Shown piece by piece: positions 43,772 through 53,754 of a stretch of 64,000 nt of DNA (position 1 is its first letter; every line of letters begins with the position of its first letter). The translations under genes and the position numbers were made by a program. The stretch is taken from the sequence record MW879344.1; one strand, given 5' to 3'. The notes under the pieces were generated by a model. It was given only the letters and a program-made list of their open reading frames with translations, ran no database searches and was not told the DNA's origin.

Positions 43772-44812
43772 ATGTTAGCTTTCAAATCAGATAAAACTAG
43801 CCTCCTTGACCTGAGTGTAGAAGAAATTCGTCGTTTAGCATGGCGTCATATGGATTTCAGCGACTTCGAAGATGAAATCAATGATAAGAAGTTTCTTATC
43901 CGTATGCGTCTTGCGGATAAAAATATGTTCTCTTATATTCTTACACGTGATGAAGTATGTTTCTTAAACAAAGAAACTATTGGATTCATGTTAGAATCAT
44001 TGGGTTCTGATTTCACTGAAGAAGTGAATGCAAACATGTTCAGGGATAATGCTCAATACCCAATCGAGTTTCTTGAGCGTTATAACCGTAATATCCCCAT
44101 GTACCATGTTGAGCATCAGAAGTGCATCACTCCTGAATTCTTGTCTAAGTACAAGAATCGCATGGATCTCAGTAACTTCTGGAGCCGTTTCAGCCGTAAC
44201 CACGATGTTAGTACTTATGCAGTTTGGGCTAACTATAACGATGGTGAATTCCGTTCTGATATGGAAGAATACTGTGTAACTCGTTACTATACAGCGGCAC
44301 AACTTGCTTCTTGTGGTATGACAGCACCTGAATACTACAATAACATCATGAATGAACAGCGTGTTATGTCAGGTGATCCGTGTTCTGATGGTCAACGCTC
44401 TTATGCTATCTGGTTGCGTAAATATCGTCGCACTTTCAAAGATGAAACGGGTTATCCAACATGGGATCAACTGCTTCAATTATTTGAACAGCATCCTCGC
44501 ATGAACAACAATGGTTATATTGATTGGTTGTTTGATCGTGCAGTTCGTCACGATGATGAATATATTTCTGAATATCGTGAAACTCTGGAAATTGGTGAAG
44601 TGTCTGAACGTGCTTACGCAAATGAAACTGGTGAGACACCAGACGGCGAAGCAGTAGATGTTGAAGAAGGTTGTCAGTGTGATTCATGTGTAGCGGATCG
44701 TGAACGTGCTCGCCAACGTCAATCACAAGAAGCACCTATCGATCTTTCAGAAGCAGTGACTGTAGCAATGTCACCAATGACTTCAGAAGTTCGTCAACCA
44801 ACCGAAAGCTAA
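43772..44812 (+). CDS. helical-repeat protein, paralog family
   Basis: FLERY...FLSKYKNRMD repeats; DPCSDG motif; acidic tail. Confidence 0.8.
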   Translation: MLAFKSDKTSLLDLSVEEIRRLAWRHMDFSDFEDEINDKKFLIRMRLADKNMFSYILTRDEVCFLNKETIGFMLESLGSDFTEEVNANMFRDNAQYPIEFLERYNRNIPMYHVEHQKCITPEFLSKYKNRMDLSNFWSRFSRNHDVSTYAVWANYNDGEFRSDMEEYCVTRYYTAAQLASCGMTAPEYYNNIMNEQRVMSGDPCSDGQRSYAIWLRKYRRTFKDETGYPTWDQLLQLFEQHPRMNNNGYIDWLFDRAVRHDDEYISEYRETLEIGEVSERAYANETGETPDGEAVDVEEGCQCDSCVADRERARQRQSQEAPIDLSEAVTVAMSPMTSEVRQPTES

Positions 44813-44831
44813 TATAATTTTAGTACTTAAT

Positions 44832-44858
44832 AATGCCGAACAAGTTGTTCGGCATTTT
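44832..44858 (+). terminator. intrinsic terminator
   Basis: AATGCCGAAC-AAGTT-GTTCGGCATTTT. Confidence 0.8.
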
Positions 44859-44882
44859 CTTTTTTATCAAAGGTAAACTTTA

Positions 44883-45407
44883 ATGACAACAATTATTGTT
44901 ACACGTAATACTAATATTGGTTCTATCAATGAACTTATTGAACTTATTAATAAACATGGTTCAGAAAATATAACTATCAAAAGTATGTATAACCTTCTAA
45001 GTTCATCCAATTGCTCAGTACAGGAACTTTATAATCTACTACAAGTACTTAATAGTGAATCAGCAGGGGTTCTGATTAACAACATCCTTGATGACAATCG
45101 ACTATACAATAAAGTACTAGAAAATTCAGAGTTCACTGAAACACAAATCAATGAACACTTATATGACATTGCTGTTGCAAAGAAAGCACACATTCAGAAT
45201 GTCCGTACCTCCACTACTATTGAACAATTGAACAAACTGGCTGAAGCTAATATTGCACCATTGTATTACGTGGAAGTACTACCTGTTATTGATCTTCCAT
45301 TCATTCAAAAATATGGTGAACAAATGGATTTATTGGGCGTAGTTCGTAATTCACGTAACCCTGCTGTAGTTGCTTTTGCACAAAACCTATTGAATAATAA
45401 GGAATAA
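44883..45407 (+). CDS. helical-repeat protein
   Basis: FIQKYGEQMD motif shared with neighbours. Confidence 0.75.
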   Translation: MTTIIVTRNTNIGSINELIELINKHGSENITIKSMYNLLSSSNCSVQELYNLLQVLNSESAGVLINNILDDNRLYNKVLENSEFTETQINEHLYDIAVAKKAHIQNVRTSTTIEQLNKLAEANIAPLYYVEVLPVIDLPFIQKYGEQMDLLGVVRNSRNPAVVAFAQNLLNNKE

Positions 45408-45410
45408 TAA

Positions 45411-46211
45411 ATGTTTAATATTTCAGTTAAATCTAATGTTGAATTAGATGAAGTTATCAAAGATATTGGATCATACACGTTTGAACGTGAAGTAATTACC
45501 AAAGAAGTTTTCGTATCAATGGTAGAAAAGTTGAATCCTACAGACTATCGTCGGTTATATTATAATAATGTACTTGAACATTTTACGGCGAACTGTGGTC
45601 AGATTGATGATGAAATTGCACAAGTACTACTATCTGGAAACATTGATCTAAATTCAGTAGTTGGTTGTACTAAACTATCACTAGAAATGATTGTAGATAT
45701 TTTGACTAATCATTTGGACGAACTATCCCCATCAGTTATGATTGAAGCACAACATATCAGTACTGAACAATTGGATTTATTACTTAACAGTGAAGACCAT
45801 GAATTAGATGTGTATTCTTTAGGTGAAGCAATTGCTACATCTGGTAATGTTGAACTGGCTAAGCATGTTGTTATGAATTGGGATAAGTTTGACAACCTAG
45901 ATGATATTGATGGTTTCCGTACTGAACTATTCAATGGTTTCGGTTCAGTTATGATTGACCATGATGATGAGCTTATTATCTTTGGTCTTAATCGCCCAAG
46001 TATGTGTGCTGAAGAACTACGTGAACATGAACCATGTTCGGAAGGTTGGAAACGTGTTCTAAAATGGACACCACGAAATGGTCAATCATATACTTGGAAT
46101 TCATTTATTGCATTCCACCTTCTTGCAAACCAAGACGATCTTGATAATGCTAAATCAGATTTAACATGGTTAGCAGAAGTAGTTGCAGATGATAATTCAT
46201 ACTTTTATTAA
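45411..46211 (+). CDS. helical-repeat protein, paralog family
   Basis: ELREHEPCSEGW...YTWNSF. Confidence 0.8.
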   Translation: MFNISVKSNVELDEVIKDIGSYTFEREVITKEVFVSMVEKLNPTDYRRLYYNNVLEHFTANCGQIDDEIAQVLLSGNIDLNSVVGCTKLSLEMIVDILTNHLDELSPSVMIEAQHISTEQLDLLLNSEDHELDVYSLGEAIATSGNVELAKHVVMNWDKFDNLDDIDGFRTELFNGFGSVMIDHDDELIIFGLNRPSMCAEELREHEPCSEGWKRVLKWTPRNGQSYTWNSFIAFHLLANQDDLDNAKSDLTWLAEVVADDNSYFY

Positions 46212-46276
46212 AATCTGCTTGACTTATGAACAATTAATGTAGTACTATGGACTCTCACATTAGAAGGGAGTCCATA

Positions 46277-46789
46277 ATGATTAAGTTAGAGTTCAATTCA
46301 GAACCAGTGGTAGCGTATCGCAACACTTGCTGCATGTGCTGTGGAATACCACAAGTGTCCAACCAGCACTTTTTAAAACCCAATGGGAAGCCTGTACAGG
46401 TCACTAGCGACCATGTGCTGCTGAAGTCGTTGGGTGGCTCAGCTAAGGCCGAAAACCTCGTGGTGATGTGCTACGATTGCAATCAGTTGAGGGCAAATCT
46501 CTTTGCTGAACTGGAACAGTTTATTGATTGGTATTGGAGTGGGAAAGAACTACCAACTGAAAAAAACTTCAGTTATATAAAAGATAATCCTAAGTACAAA
46601 CGTAATTACCGATTCACATTTGAAACTCCAGAGAAGCATGTAACACACAAGACACCATCTAGTACTGGTGTTGTGCTACCAAGCAAAAATACATCAGTAC
46701 CCCTAAATGTTATTGTAATGAATGGTGTTAAGTATCAAGAATACAAACATCCTTTATTTGGTAACAGCCTAATTAAGATAGAGGATTAA
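46277..46789 (+). CDS. HNH endonuclease-domain protein
   Basis: CCMCC...TSDHVLLKSLGGS...NLVVMCYDCN. Confidence 0.85.
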   Translation: MIKLEFNSEPVVAYRNTCCMCCGIPQVSNQHFLKPNGKPVQVTSDHVLLKSLGGSAKAENLVVMCYDCNQLRANLFAELEQFIDWYWSGKELPTEKNFSYIKDNPKYKRNYRFTFETPEKHVTHKTPSSTGVVLPSKNTSVPLNVIVMNGVKYQEYKHPLFGNSLIKIED

Positions 46790-46792
46790 AAT

Positions 46793-47029
46793 ATGACTTT
46801 TGATATATTCATGGTTATGGTTATTATCTTTGTTCCATCCATATTTTGTTTAGTACGTTATCCAAATGAAATTGTAAAGATTTTCGTACTGAACTTTGTA
46901 TTGGGTTATTTGTGGGTAATGCATCCACCTGTGTACGGTTGGTTAAATGGTGCATTTCATTTCTTAGCATGGATCGGTTGGTTCATGTTACTTGATACAG
47001 ATAATAATCTGAAAAAGGAATCTAAATGA
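46793..47029 (+). CDS. small membrane protein (T4 Imm-like pattern possible)
   Basis: IFVLNFVLG...W hydrophobic pattern. Confidence 0.6.
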   Translation: MTFDIFMVMVIIFVPSIFCLVRYPNEIVKIFVLNFVLGYLWVMHPPVYGWLNGAFHFLAWIGWFMLLDTDNNLKKESK

Positions 47030-47355
47030 CATTATTCGGATTTGTAGTAGGTACTACATTGATAAACACATTGTTTTTATTTGATGTGTATGTAACTAAG
47101 TACAGCCAACGTATGTCTCTTTGGGGAAGTACTATGGCAGTAGTACTACAACAAAGTGGATTGTTCAAATTAGTTCCAATCATTACTCTTTTAAATTTAT
47201 GGGTGATTGGTATGTTATTCAGTGATGGTATTACATTTGTACAATTCATTGTAAGTATTGCATTCTGGTGCTGGTTCATGCTATTATATGTTTCCAGTAC
47301 TTTCATGTATTATAAATGGGGTATTGATAAGATTCCTAATCCAAATAAGAAATAA
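47026..47355 (+). CDS. membrane protein
   Basis: Three hydrophobic segments. Confidence 0.75.
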   Translation: MTLFGFVVGTTLINTLFLFDVYVTKYSQRMSLWGSTMAVVLQQSGLFKLVPIITLLNLWVIGMLFSDGITFVQFIVSIAFWCWFMLLYVSSTFMYYKWGIDKIPNPNKK

Positions 47356-47406
47356 CAAAACGGGATGCTTAGGCGTCCCTTTTTTATTTGACAGAAAGAG
47401 GCAATT

Positions 47407-47661
47407 ATGTTAAAGTACAAAATAATTCTTAAAGGTTTACAACCTAAGCAGGATGATTATATTGTAGAAGAATTGTTCATTTGTGCAGAAACTGAAATTC
47501 AAATTGAAGCATTAATTGCTGATGCAATATATGAACTTCGAAATCAGAAGAAGTACTATAAGATGAAATATGTATCTAAGGAATTGTGCAATGACGATGA
47601 AAAGTGTGTATGCGGAGTTGAACAGGTACAAAGCGAATTGGAAAACCCGTCAGGACGTTAA
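47407..47661 (+). CDS. hypothetical protein
   Basis: GAGG SD. Confidence 0.7.
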   Translation: MLKYKIILKGLQPKQDDYIVEELFICAETEIQIEALIADAIYELRNQKKYYKMKYVSKELCNDDEKCVCGVEQVQSELENPSGR

Positions 47662-47851
47662 TAGTTCTTGTACAAGGATTTTAAATAAACTTACTCAAAT
47701 GCGTAGTTTACGTAGAAAAGAATTAGCAAAAGCAAGTACTGAAGCTGAAAAGACAGCAGTACATAAAAAATATGACAATCAAATTAAGTTTTATGATTTT
47801 CTGTTATATACTATTAAATTAGAATATTATGAAATTGTGGGTAAGCTATGA
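47570..47851 (+). CDS. hypothetical protein
   Basis: ORF; start uncertain. Confidence 0.6.
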   Translation: MYLRNCAMTMKSVYAELNRYKANWKTRQDVNSSCTRILNKLTQMRSLRRKELAKASTEAEKTAVHKKYDNQIKFYDFLLYTIKLEYYEIVGKL

Positions 47852-48049
47852 TATACCAAATGATTATACGAGAACTAAATCGTATCCGTAACGAAGGTAC
47901 TGATATTGGTAAAGCAATAAAGTACTGTACTGAAAATGCATTTGATTTAGTACAAATGCACGATGATGGTAAAACTGTTAATGAATTGGTGAAGATATGT
48001 TTAGCACATAAATAAAATTACCGGAAATCATTATTATAAGGATATAAAC

Positions 48050-48322
48050 ATGATTCGACCAGATATGAACGTTATTCAACGTTGGAATACCGTTAAGGTT
48101 TCTGATCTTCCAGAACTTCTAAAATCACAGGGATTTCATTTTGTAAAATCTTTTAGTACTGATGAACATAGGATTTTTGTTAGTCAAGATAATTCATTGA
48201 TGATAATCTTTGAACGTAATGTAGGGAAAGTGTATAGTACTCGAAATCGTAAACAGTCTTTACATTCATTCACTGTAGTACCAGAAGGTCCAAAGTTAAA
48301 TCAAATAAAACGTGCTGAATAA
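48050..48322 (+). CDS. hypothetical protein
   Basis: AAGGA SD. Confidence 0.75.
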   Translation: MIRPDMNVIQRWNTVKVSDLPELLKSQGFHFVKSFSTDEHRIFVSQDNSLMIIFERNVGKVYSTRNRKQSLHSFTVVPEGPKLNQIKRAE

Positions 48323-48404
48323 AAACAAAAAAGGGGTTGACTTAGGTCAGCCCCTTTGCTATTATACTAGCATTGAAACGGATAACCTTTTAAGTGAGAT
48401 ACTA

Positions 48405-49274
48405 ATGTCTACTCCAACAGTTAAAAACATTAAATTTAAACCTTCATATGTAATGAATTTCAACACTAATGTTAACGGTATTCGTTTTACCAAAAACGTT
48501 GAAAAGGTTATTGAAGTTATGAAGCGGGATGGTTTAAAGTGTCATTGTTGTGAAGAAAGTTCAGTATTTTTTAAAGTTATTGATAACGATTATATGGCTG
48601 CGTTTGTTGATCGTGATGGACAACACGTTCGCCTTACGTTAGACCATGATCATTTAGATTCAATGGGTGGTTCAGATACCATCGATAACTTTCATGTTCT
48701 TTGTGAGCAATGTAATCTTCTTCGTGATGATCGTTTTGCCGAGTACAGTACTTTTAAATCATGGTATGATGAAAAGAAATTGTCTGGTAAAAAGATTTGC
48801 AAACCAAACATGCGTAACTATTCTCGTATAGATTTTGAATACATGATCAAACATCGTTTATCTGAAATCAATTTCAGTGCTGGTGTTCCAGCACCAATGA
48901 AAATACAATTGCGTAATTATGTATTATCTCACAACAAATTGAGTGGACGCTACACCGCTAGTGCATTAAAGCGTATTAGTTCAAAGCATATGAATAATTT
49001 CTTATCTAAACTCGTACATGAAATTGCAGCTAAGCGAACTAATTCAGATATTCTTACAAATATCAGTACTCTTAATTTCTATCCTAAAGTTACTAAAGGA
49101 ACAACTTCCAAAGAATTTTTAGATAAGTTGGATAATAATTTTAAAATGCATTTGAAAAATACCGTTAAAATGTATTCATCTTCAGAAGTACAACAGAAAG
49201 TACTTAATGTACATACATCACGAACCGGAATCTGGACACGAATTACTGAAGCATTCAAAATATTGTTTTGTTAA
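48405..49274 (+). CDS. HNH endonuclease-domain protein
   Basis: CHCC...TLDHDHLDSMGGS...NFHVLCEQCN. Confidence 0.8.
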   Translation: MSTPTVKNIKFKPSYVMNFNTNVNGIRFTKNVEKVIEVMKRDGLKCHCCEESSVFFKVIDNDYMAAFVDRDGQHVRLTLDHDHLDSMGGSDTIDNFHVLCEQCNLLRDDRFAEYSTFKSWYDEKKLSGKKICKPNMRNYSRIDFEYMIKHRLSEINFSAGVPAPMKIQLRNYVLSHNKLSGRYTASALKRISSKHMNNFLSKLVHEIAAKRTNSDILTNISTLNFYPKVTKGTTSKEFLDKLDNNFKMHLKNTVKMYSSSEVQQKVLNVHTSRTGIWTRITEAFKILFC

Positions 49275-49337
49275 AAACAGCTTGACTCCCTTCGGGGAGT
49301 CTGGTATACTGTCTTCATCAAGTGAGGGGAGTAGAAA

Positions 49338-50120
49338 ATGATTGATCGTCGTGAAGTGCTAAAACTGCGTATCGCTGAAAACTTTAATGCTATGATGGAT
49401 ACGCTTGAATGTGTCCTGAATCCGTTGAATCCTATTAAGTCAATGACTGTAACAGGTGCGAGTGGTATTGGTAAATCATACAATCTGATTCTGCGTCTTA
49501 AAGAAGCTGATGAAACTGGATATTGTAATTTCCATTACCTGAACAGTAAATGTACGACTCTAGGTTTATATGAGGCGTTGTGGAATGCACGTGAAGTTGG
49601 GTCAGTACTGTTACTGGATGACGTTGACGTTTTCGATACAGAAGATAAGTTGAACTTATTGAAAGCGGCATTGGAAACTGATGAAGAACGTATTATTACT
49701 TATATGAGTACTTCACGTCATTTGGTTGATAATGATATTCCAACACAATTTGATTTTCGTGGTAAGATTATCTTTATCACGAACAAAGATCTTGTTAAGA
49801 TCTCTGAATCAAATTCATCTTTGTCTCCACATGTGGATGCATTGATGACTCGTGGTGTGTTTGTTGATTTGGAAATTCACGACAATGAAAGTATCATGGT
49901 TCACATTGAGAACATCATGAACAGTACTAACATTGTTGCTAAGTTCGGTATTGATCAAAATGGGGCAACAAGTATTTTAAACTTCATGCTAAAGAATGCT
50001 GCGAATCTTCGTAAACCGTCTTTACGTATGCCTGTTCAGTTAGCAGGGTTGTATATTCAGTATCCTGATAAGTGGGAGATACATGCAACTAAAATGTATG
50101 TAAAAACTAAGAAGGTGTAA
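49338..50120 (+). CDS. AAA-like P-loop ATPase
   Basis: Walker A GASGIGKS, Walker B LLLDDVD. Confidence 0.85.
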   Translation: MIDRREVLKLRIAENFNAMMDTLECVLNPLNPIKSMTVTGASGIGKSYNLILRLKEADETGYCNFHYLNSKCTTLGLYEALWNAREVGSVLLLDDVDVFDTEDKLNLLKAALETDEERIITYMSTSRHLVDNDIPTQFDFRGKIIFITNKDLVKISESNSSLSPHVDALMTRGVFVDLEIHDNESIMVHIENIMNSTNIVAKFGIDQNGATSILNFMLKNAANLRKPSLRMPVQLAGLYIQYPDKWEIHATKMYVKTKKV

Positions 50121-50121
50121 T

Positions 50122-50469
50122 ATGGGTGAAATGTTTTTAAATTATGCATATGTTAATGTGTCATTATGGACTATAGTAGCACTCATTATGTTCGTAGGGT
50201 ACTGGACTTATGCAGATTATTATACTAATCTTTCAAAACAGATACGTGAAGTATTTGCTGCAATTAGTATAGGACAATTCGGGTGTGGTATGTTTTTCTT
50301 ACTCATCGGTCTTGGTATTGAAGACGACAAAATGAATGCAGTGAATGTTGGTGTATGTGTGTTCACAGCAATTAGCACTGTTGTTTATTCAGTACTTCTA
50401 TTTGTATTCTTATCGAAGTACTTCGAACAATCACGTAAGTACTTTGGTCGTAAACGAAACAAAATTTAA
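50122..50469 (+). CDS. 3-TM membrane protein, array member
   Basis: C-terminal RKYFGRKR. Confidence 0.75.
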   Translation: MGEMFLNYAYVNVSLWTIVALIMFVGYWTYADYYTNLSKQIREVFAAISIGQFGCGMFFLLIGLGIEDDKMNAVNVGVCVFTAISTVVYSVLLFVFLSKYFEQSRKYFGRKRNKI

Positions 50470-50482
50470 GGGTAATGAAAAA

Positions 50483-51283
50483 ATGATTAAACTTATTCTG
50501 AACAGTACTAAACTTTCTGATCTAACTTCTGACCAGTTGAAATTTCTTGACTGGAAAGCATTGTCACGCGATGATGTAACTGAATCTGATAATGAATTCG
50601 TCGCGGCGAATCTCAATAAATTCAGTACGAACCTGAAAAAGCATCTGATTACATCAGGACGCATCAATTCGTCAGCAATGGATCATGATCAGTGGATTGC
50701 ATTCATTCAAGAACACTCGTACTACTCAAGTGATATTGACGTATTCAAACACGTTCAACTTCCGTACAGTGTAGTCAACCAACTTCTTACTGATACCAGC
50801 CATCGTTACCGTAGCCGTATCGTAAGTACACAATCATGTGTTCCTATTGAAGTGGCGATTGAGCAAGTATCCGCATCTGAAATGAATGATATTCTATTCA
50901 GCAATTCAAATCCAGCGATTGTTGATTTCATTCAAACGCCTGAAGGTGCAGAAGCAGTTAAGAAACGTGGTAAATCATTCTTGAATTCATTACGTTACTT
51001 GACCAGTGCTGAGGGTGAACGCCTTGGTGTGCGAGTTCGCAACCACACAATTAGTGTAGAAGTACTTCGCCGTGCTAATGCATGTGATGATGGTTGTAAC
51101 TATGCTCGTCGTATTTTGAAAGAACTTGATCTTCCATCCATTAAATGGGATGATGCAGTACTGCGTATTCGCAATAGTTCTAAACTTCAAGGCCGTCAAG
51201 CATTACGTAGTTACATTCAGTGGATTGTAGAAAGTCGTGATCGTGTTGAATCCGCTGCTGCTCGTGTTGAAGCTCAGGGTTAA
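50483..51283 (+). CDS. helical-repeat protein, paralog family
   Basis: LRRANACDDG...IKWDD. Confidence 0.8.
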   Translation: MIKLILNSTKLSDLTSDQLKFLDWKALSRDDVTESDNEFVAANLNKFSTNLKKHLITSGRINSSAMDHDQWIAFIQEHSYYSSDIDVFKHVQLPYSVVNQLLTDTSHRYRSRIVSTQSCVPIEVAIEQVSASEMNDILFSNSNPAIVDFIQTPEGAEAVKKRGKSFLNSLRYLTSAEGERLGVRVRNHTISVEVLRRANACDDGCNYARRILKELDLPSIKWDDAVLRIRNSSKLQGRQALRSYIQWIVESRDRVESAAARVEAQG

Positions 51284-51331
51284 CATCTAATATAAAAAAC
51301 TCCCTGCGGGGAGTTTTTCTTTGAGGTTATT

Positions 51332-51676
51332 ATGTCAGAATTTTTCATATACTTATGTAATGGAATATTAATTTCAGAATTCGTTTTCGGTGCATTGATT
51401 GCAGTTGGTTGGTTATGTTGTGCCAATTATTATTTCTACATTGAAGATATTATAACTAATGTAGGAATTGGAATAATCTATCTCTATTTGGGAATATTTG
51501 CATTCTTATCAATAGTTCTGTCTCTCATGGATGGATGGAAAGGATTTACCTTTATATCAATAATTGGAACTATATTGACTGGTATAGTACTAATTGTATG
51601 CTTTATTGTTAATGTAGTACCTACTGTACTTAAACTCCGTCAGTACTTTGCTAATAAAAGAGGTCGCCGTATATGA
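51332..51676 (+). CDS. 3-TM membrane protein, array member
   Basis: LRQYFANKRG. Confidence 0.75.
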   Translation: MSEFFIYLCNGILISEFVFGALIAVGWLCCANYYFYIEDIITNVGIGIIYLYLGIFAFLSIVLSLMDGWKGFTFISIIGTILTGIVLIVCFIVNVVPTVLKLRQYFANKRGRRI

Positions 51677-52035
51677 TAGATTTTATCGCATCTATATTCC
51701 AACAGATTGGAATGTATCCACATATTTTAAGCATCCCACTATATGCATTCACTATATGCATTGGAATGTTTATAATCGGATGGTTCTTTAGTACTGATTA
51801 TTATGATAAGATTGCTGAAGACTATGACGATGATGATATGCCAGGTATAGTATGTGTGTTATTGATATGTTTACTGACTATAGCATGGCACGTAGTTAAT
51901 TACGTATATGGACTAGATAATACTTTTAATATAATTAGTAATCTAGTAGCATGGGTAGTGTTCGTTATACCGATTGTATATGGTTCGTTAGATTCATTTC
52001 GTCTTAAAATTCGTAAAAAACGAGGTAAGTCATGA
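51673..52035 (+). CDS. 3-TM membrane protein, array member
   Basis: WFFSTDYYD; basic tail. Confidence 0.75.
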   Translation: MIDFIASIFQQIGMYPHILSIPLYAFTICIGMFIIGWFFSTDYYDKIAEDYDDDDMPGIVCVLLICLLTIAWHVVNYVYGLDNTFNIISNLVAWVVFVIPIVYGSLDSFRLKIRKKRGKS

Positions 52036-52373
52036 GTATTTGGGAATGGGTTGTACAAAATTCTATTGTGCTAACTGCACCATTGTTTTTGTATATTACA
52101 TTGTATGCATTCACAACAATAACTTGGTTGTTTGCAACTGATTTTTATGACAGTTTTAAATACAATTACTCAAATAACTTTGGGATGTTTCATACCTTGT
52201 TGTGGGGAGGATTAGCAACAATCCCAATTGGCTACTATTGGACATGGGTTAATCCCTTTACCTTTATAATCAATGGGTATATTTCATTAATACTTATAGT
52301 GATTTTTATTGCTAAGATACATTCAACAGCCAATTCTATTCACCAGTACTTTCGTTCTAAACGAGGAAAATAA
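52032..52373 (+). CDS. 3-TM membrane protein, array member
   Basis: WLFATDFYD; HQYFRSKRG. Confidence 0.75.
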   Translation: MSIWEWVVQNSIVLTAPLFLYITLYAFTTITWLFATDFYDSFKYNYSNNFGMFHTLLWGGLATIPIGYYWTWVNPFTFIINGYISLILIVIFIAKIHSTANSIHQYFRSKRGK

Positions 52374-52705
52374 TGTTAATACCAATTCTTTATACATACA
52401 ATGTTTTATTCACTGCACTAATAGTAGTACTTATTTTAGATTGGTTGTTTGCACTGGATAAAATAAATCCAGTACTAGATAAGTGGGTACATGATGAATC
52501 TTATCTATTACCAGTGATGGGAGTTGAAGTTATTGCTTTATTCTCATTAGTATTTGCACTAATCACTGATTTAAATTTGTTCATGTACTTTAGTCTAGCT
52601 TGTTCATTAATGTCCATTGGTATTTTACTAATTGGTACGTGTGGATATAGTTGTTACATCGTACTTGCTAAGGTACGTCAGTACTTTATTGAACGAAAAG
52701 CGTAA
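52373..52705 (+). CDS. 3-TM membrane protein, array member
   Basis: WLFALD; VRQYFIERK. Confidence 0.75.
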   Translation: MLIPILYTYNVLFTALIVVLILDWLFALDKINPVLDKWVHDESYLLPVMGVEVIALFSLVFALITDLNLFMYFSLACSLMSIGILLIGTCGYSCYIVLAKVRQYFIERKA

Positions 52706-52771
52706 AATGCCTTGACATGGGAGACTTTATCCCCTATAATGTACCCATCAACTGACAGAGAGGAACACAAA

Positions 52772-53065
52772 ATGCAAGAAGATATTATTGTTGAAGTAGC
52801 GAAACGTACCATTGTTGAAATCAAAGAGCAAGTGCTGTCTACCCCGTTTGTAGCTGCACCATTCGCTGTGTATGGTCTAATCGCAAGTTCATTTTTCGCC
52901 ACGTTTATTTGTATTCTGGCGATCATCGGCTTCGTAGCGTACCAAGAGTACAAACAATACGAAGAAGAATTACTTGCTGGTAATCTGGAAGTACCTAACA
53001 AGGTAGATCCTATCGAAACTGAAGTTCAGAAACAGGCCGATACTGAAAGTACGGATCAGAAGTAA
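52772..53065 (+). CDS. membrane-anchored acidic protein
   Basis: After TTGACA...TATAAT, GAGG SD. Confidence 0.75.
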   Translation: MQEDIIVEVAKRTIVEIKEQVLSTPFVAAPFAVYGLIASSFFATFICILAIIGFVAYQEYKQYEEELLAGNLEVPNKVDPIETEVQKQADTESTDQK

Positions 53066-53120
53066 TTTTCAAAATCCCCTACATCGGTAGGGGATTTTTA
53101 ATTAAGATGAAGGTGCAACA

Positions 53121-53753
53121 ATGAAGCGTACTAAAAATATTAATCATAAGCGTTTTCGTAAAGTACATAAATTCTGGAAATATAGTGCGTTGTTTGTAGC
53201 GATTGGAAGTACTTTCTTCCTAACTGCGTGTGATGATTTTCAGGAAGAAAATGTTTCTGTTTATAAAACAATTCAGGATTGTGAAAAAGGTGCAAGTACT
53301 CAAGCTGATAAAGATCGTTGTGCATTAGATTATCAAAATGCATTAGGTCAAGCTGAGAAGGTTGCACCTAAGTATGATTCAAAAGGTTCATGTGAAGAAG
53401 AATTTGGTTATGATCAATGTAAGCCAAGTTCACAAACAGCTTCACATAGTTCAGGTTTTATGTGGTTCCCAATAATGAGCGGTTATAGTTCCTCACATGC
53501 GAACTATCCAAGTCAACCATTGTATTCAAGTTCACGTTATTCATCTCCGATGTATAACAAGTTCGTTGACGCAAAAGGTAATTCGTTTGGGAACTTTACC
53601 CATGCAGGTAAAGCAAGTGTATCTCGTTCAGCATTAGCACCTAAACCTGCTATGACAACAACAACACGTGGTGGATTTGGAAGTACTGTACACGCACAGT
53701 CCTCTGCTAAATCTGTTTCTCATTCATCTGGTGGTCGTAGCTTTGGGGGTTAA
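53121..53753 (+). CDS. DUF1190 (YgiB-like) lipoprotein
   Basis: MKRTKNINH..FRK, LTAC lipobox, APKY...CEEEFG, RGGFG...SFGG tail. Confidence 0.85.
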   Translation: MKRTKNINHKRFRKVHKFWKYSALFVAIGSTFFLTACDDFQEENVSVYKTIQDCEKGASTQADKDRCALDYQNALGQAEKVAPKYDSKGSCEEEFGYDQCKPSSQTASHSSGFMWFPIMSGYSSSHANYPSQPLYSSSRYSSPMYNKFVDAKGNSFGNFTHAGKASVSRSALAPKPAMTTTTRGGFGSTVHAQSSAKSVSHSSGGRSFGG

Positions 53754-53754
53754 T

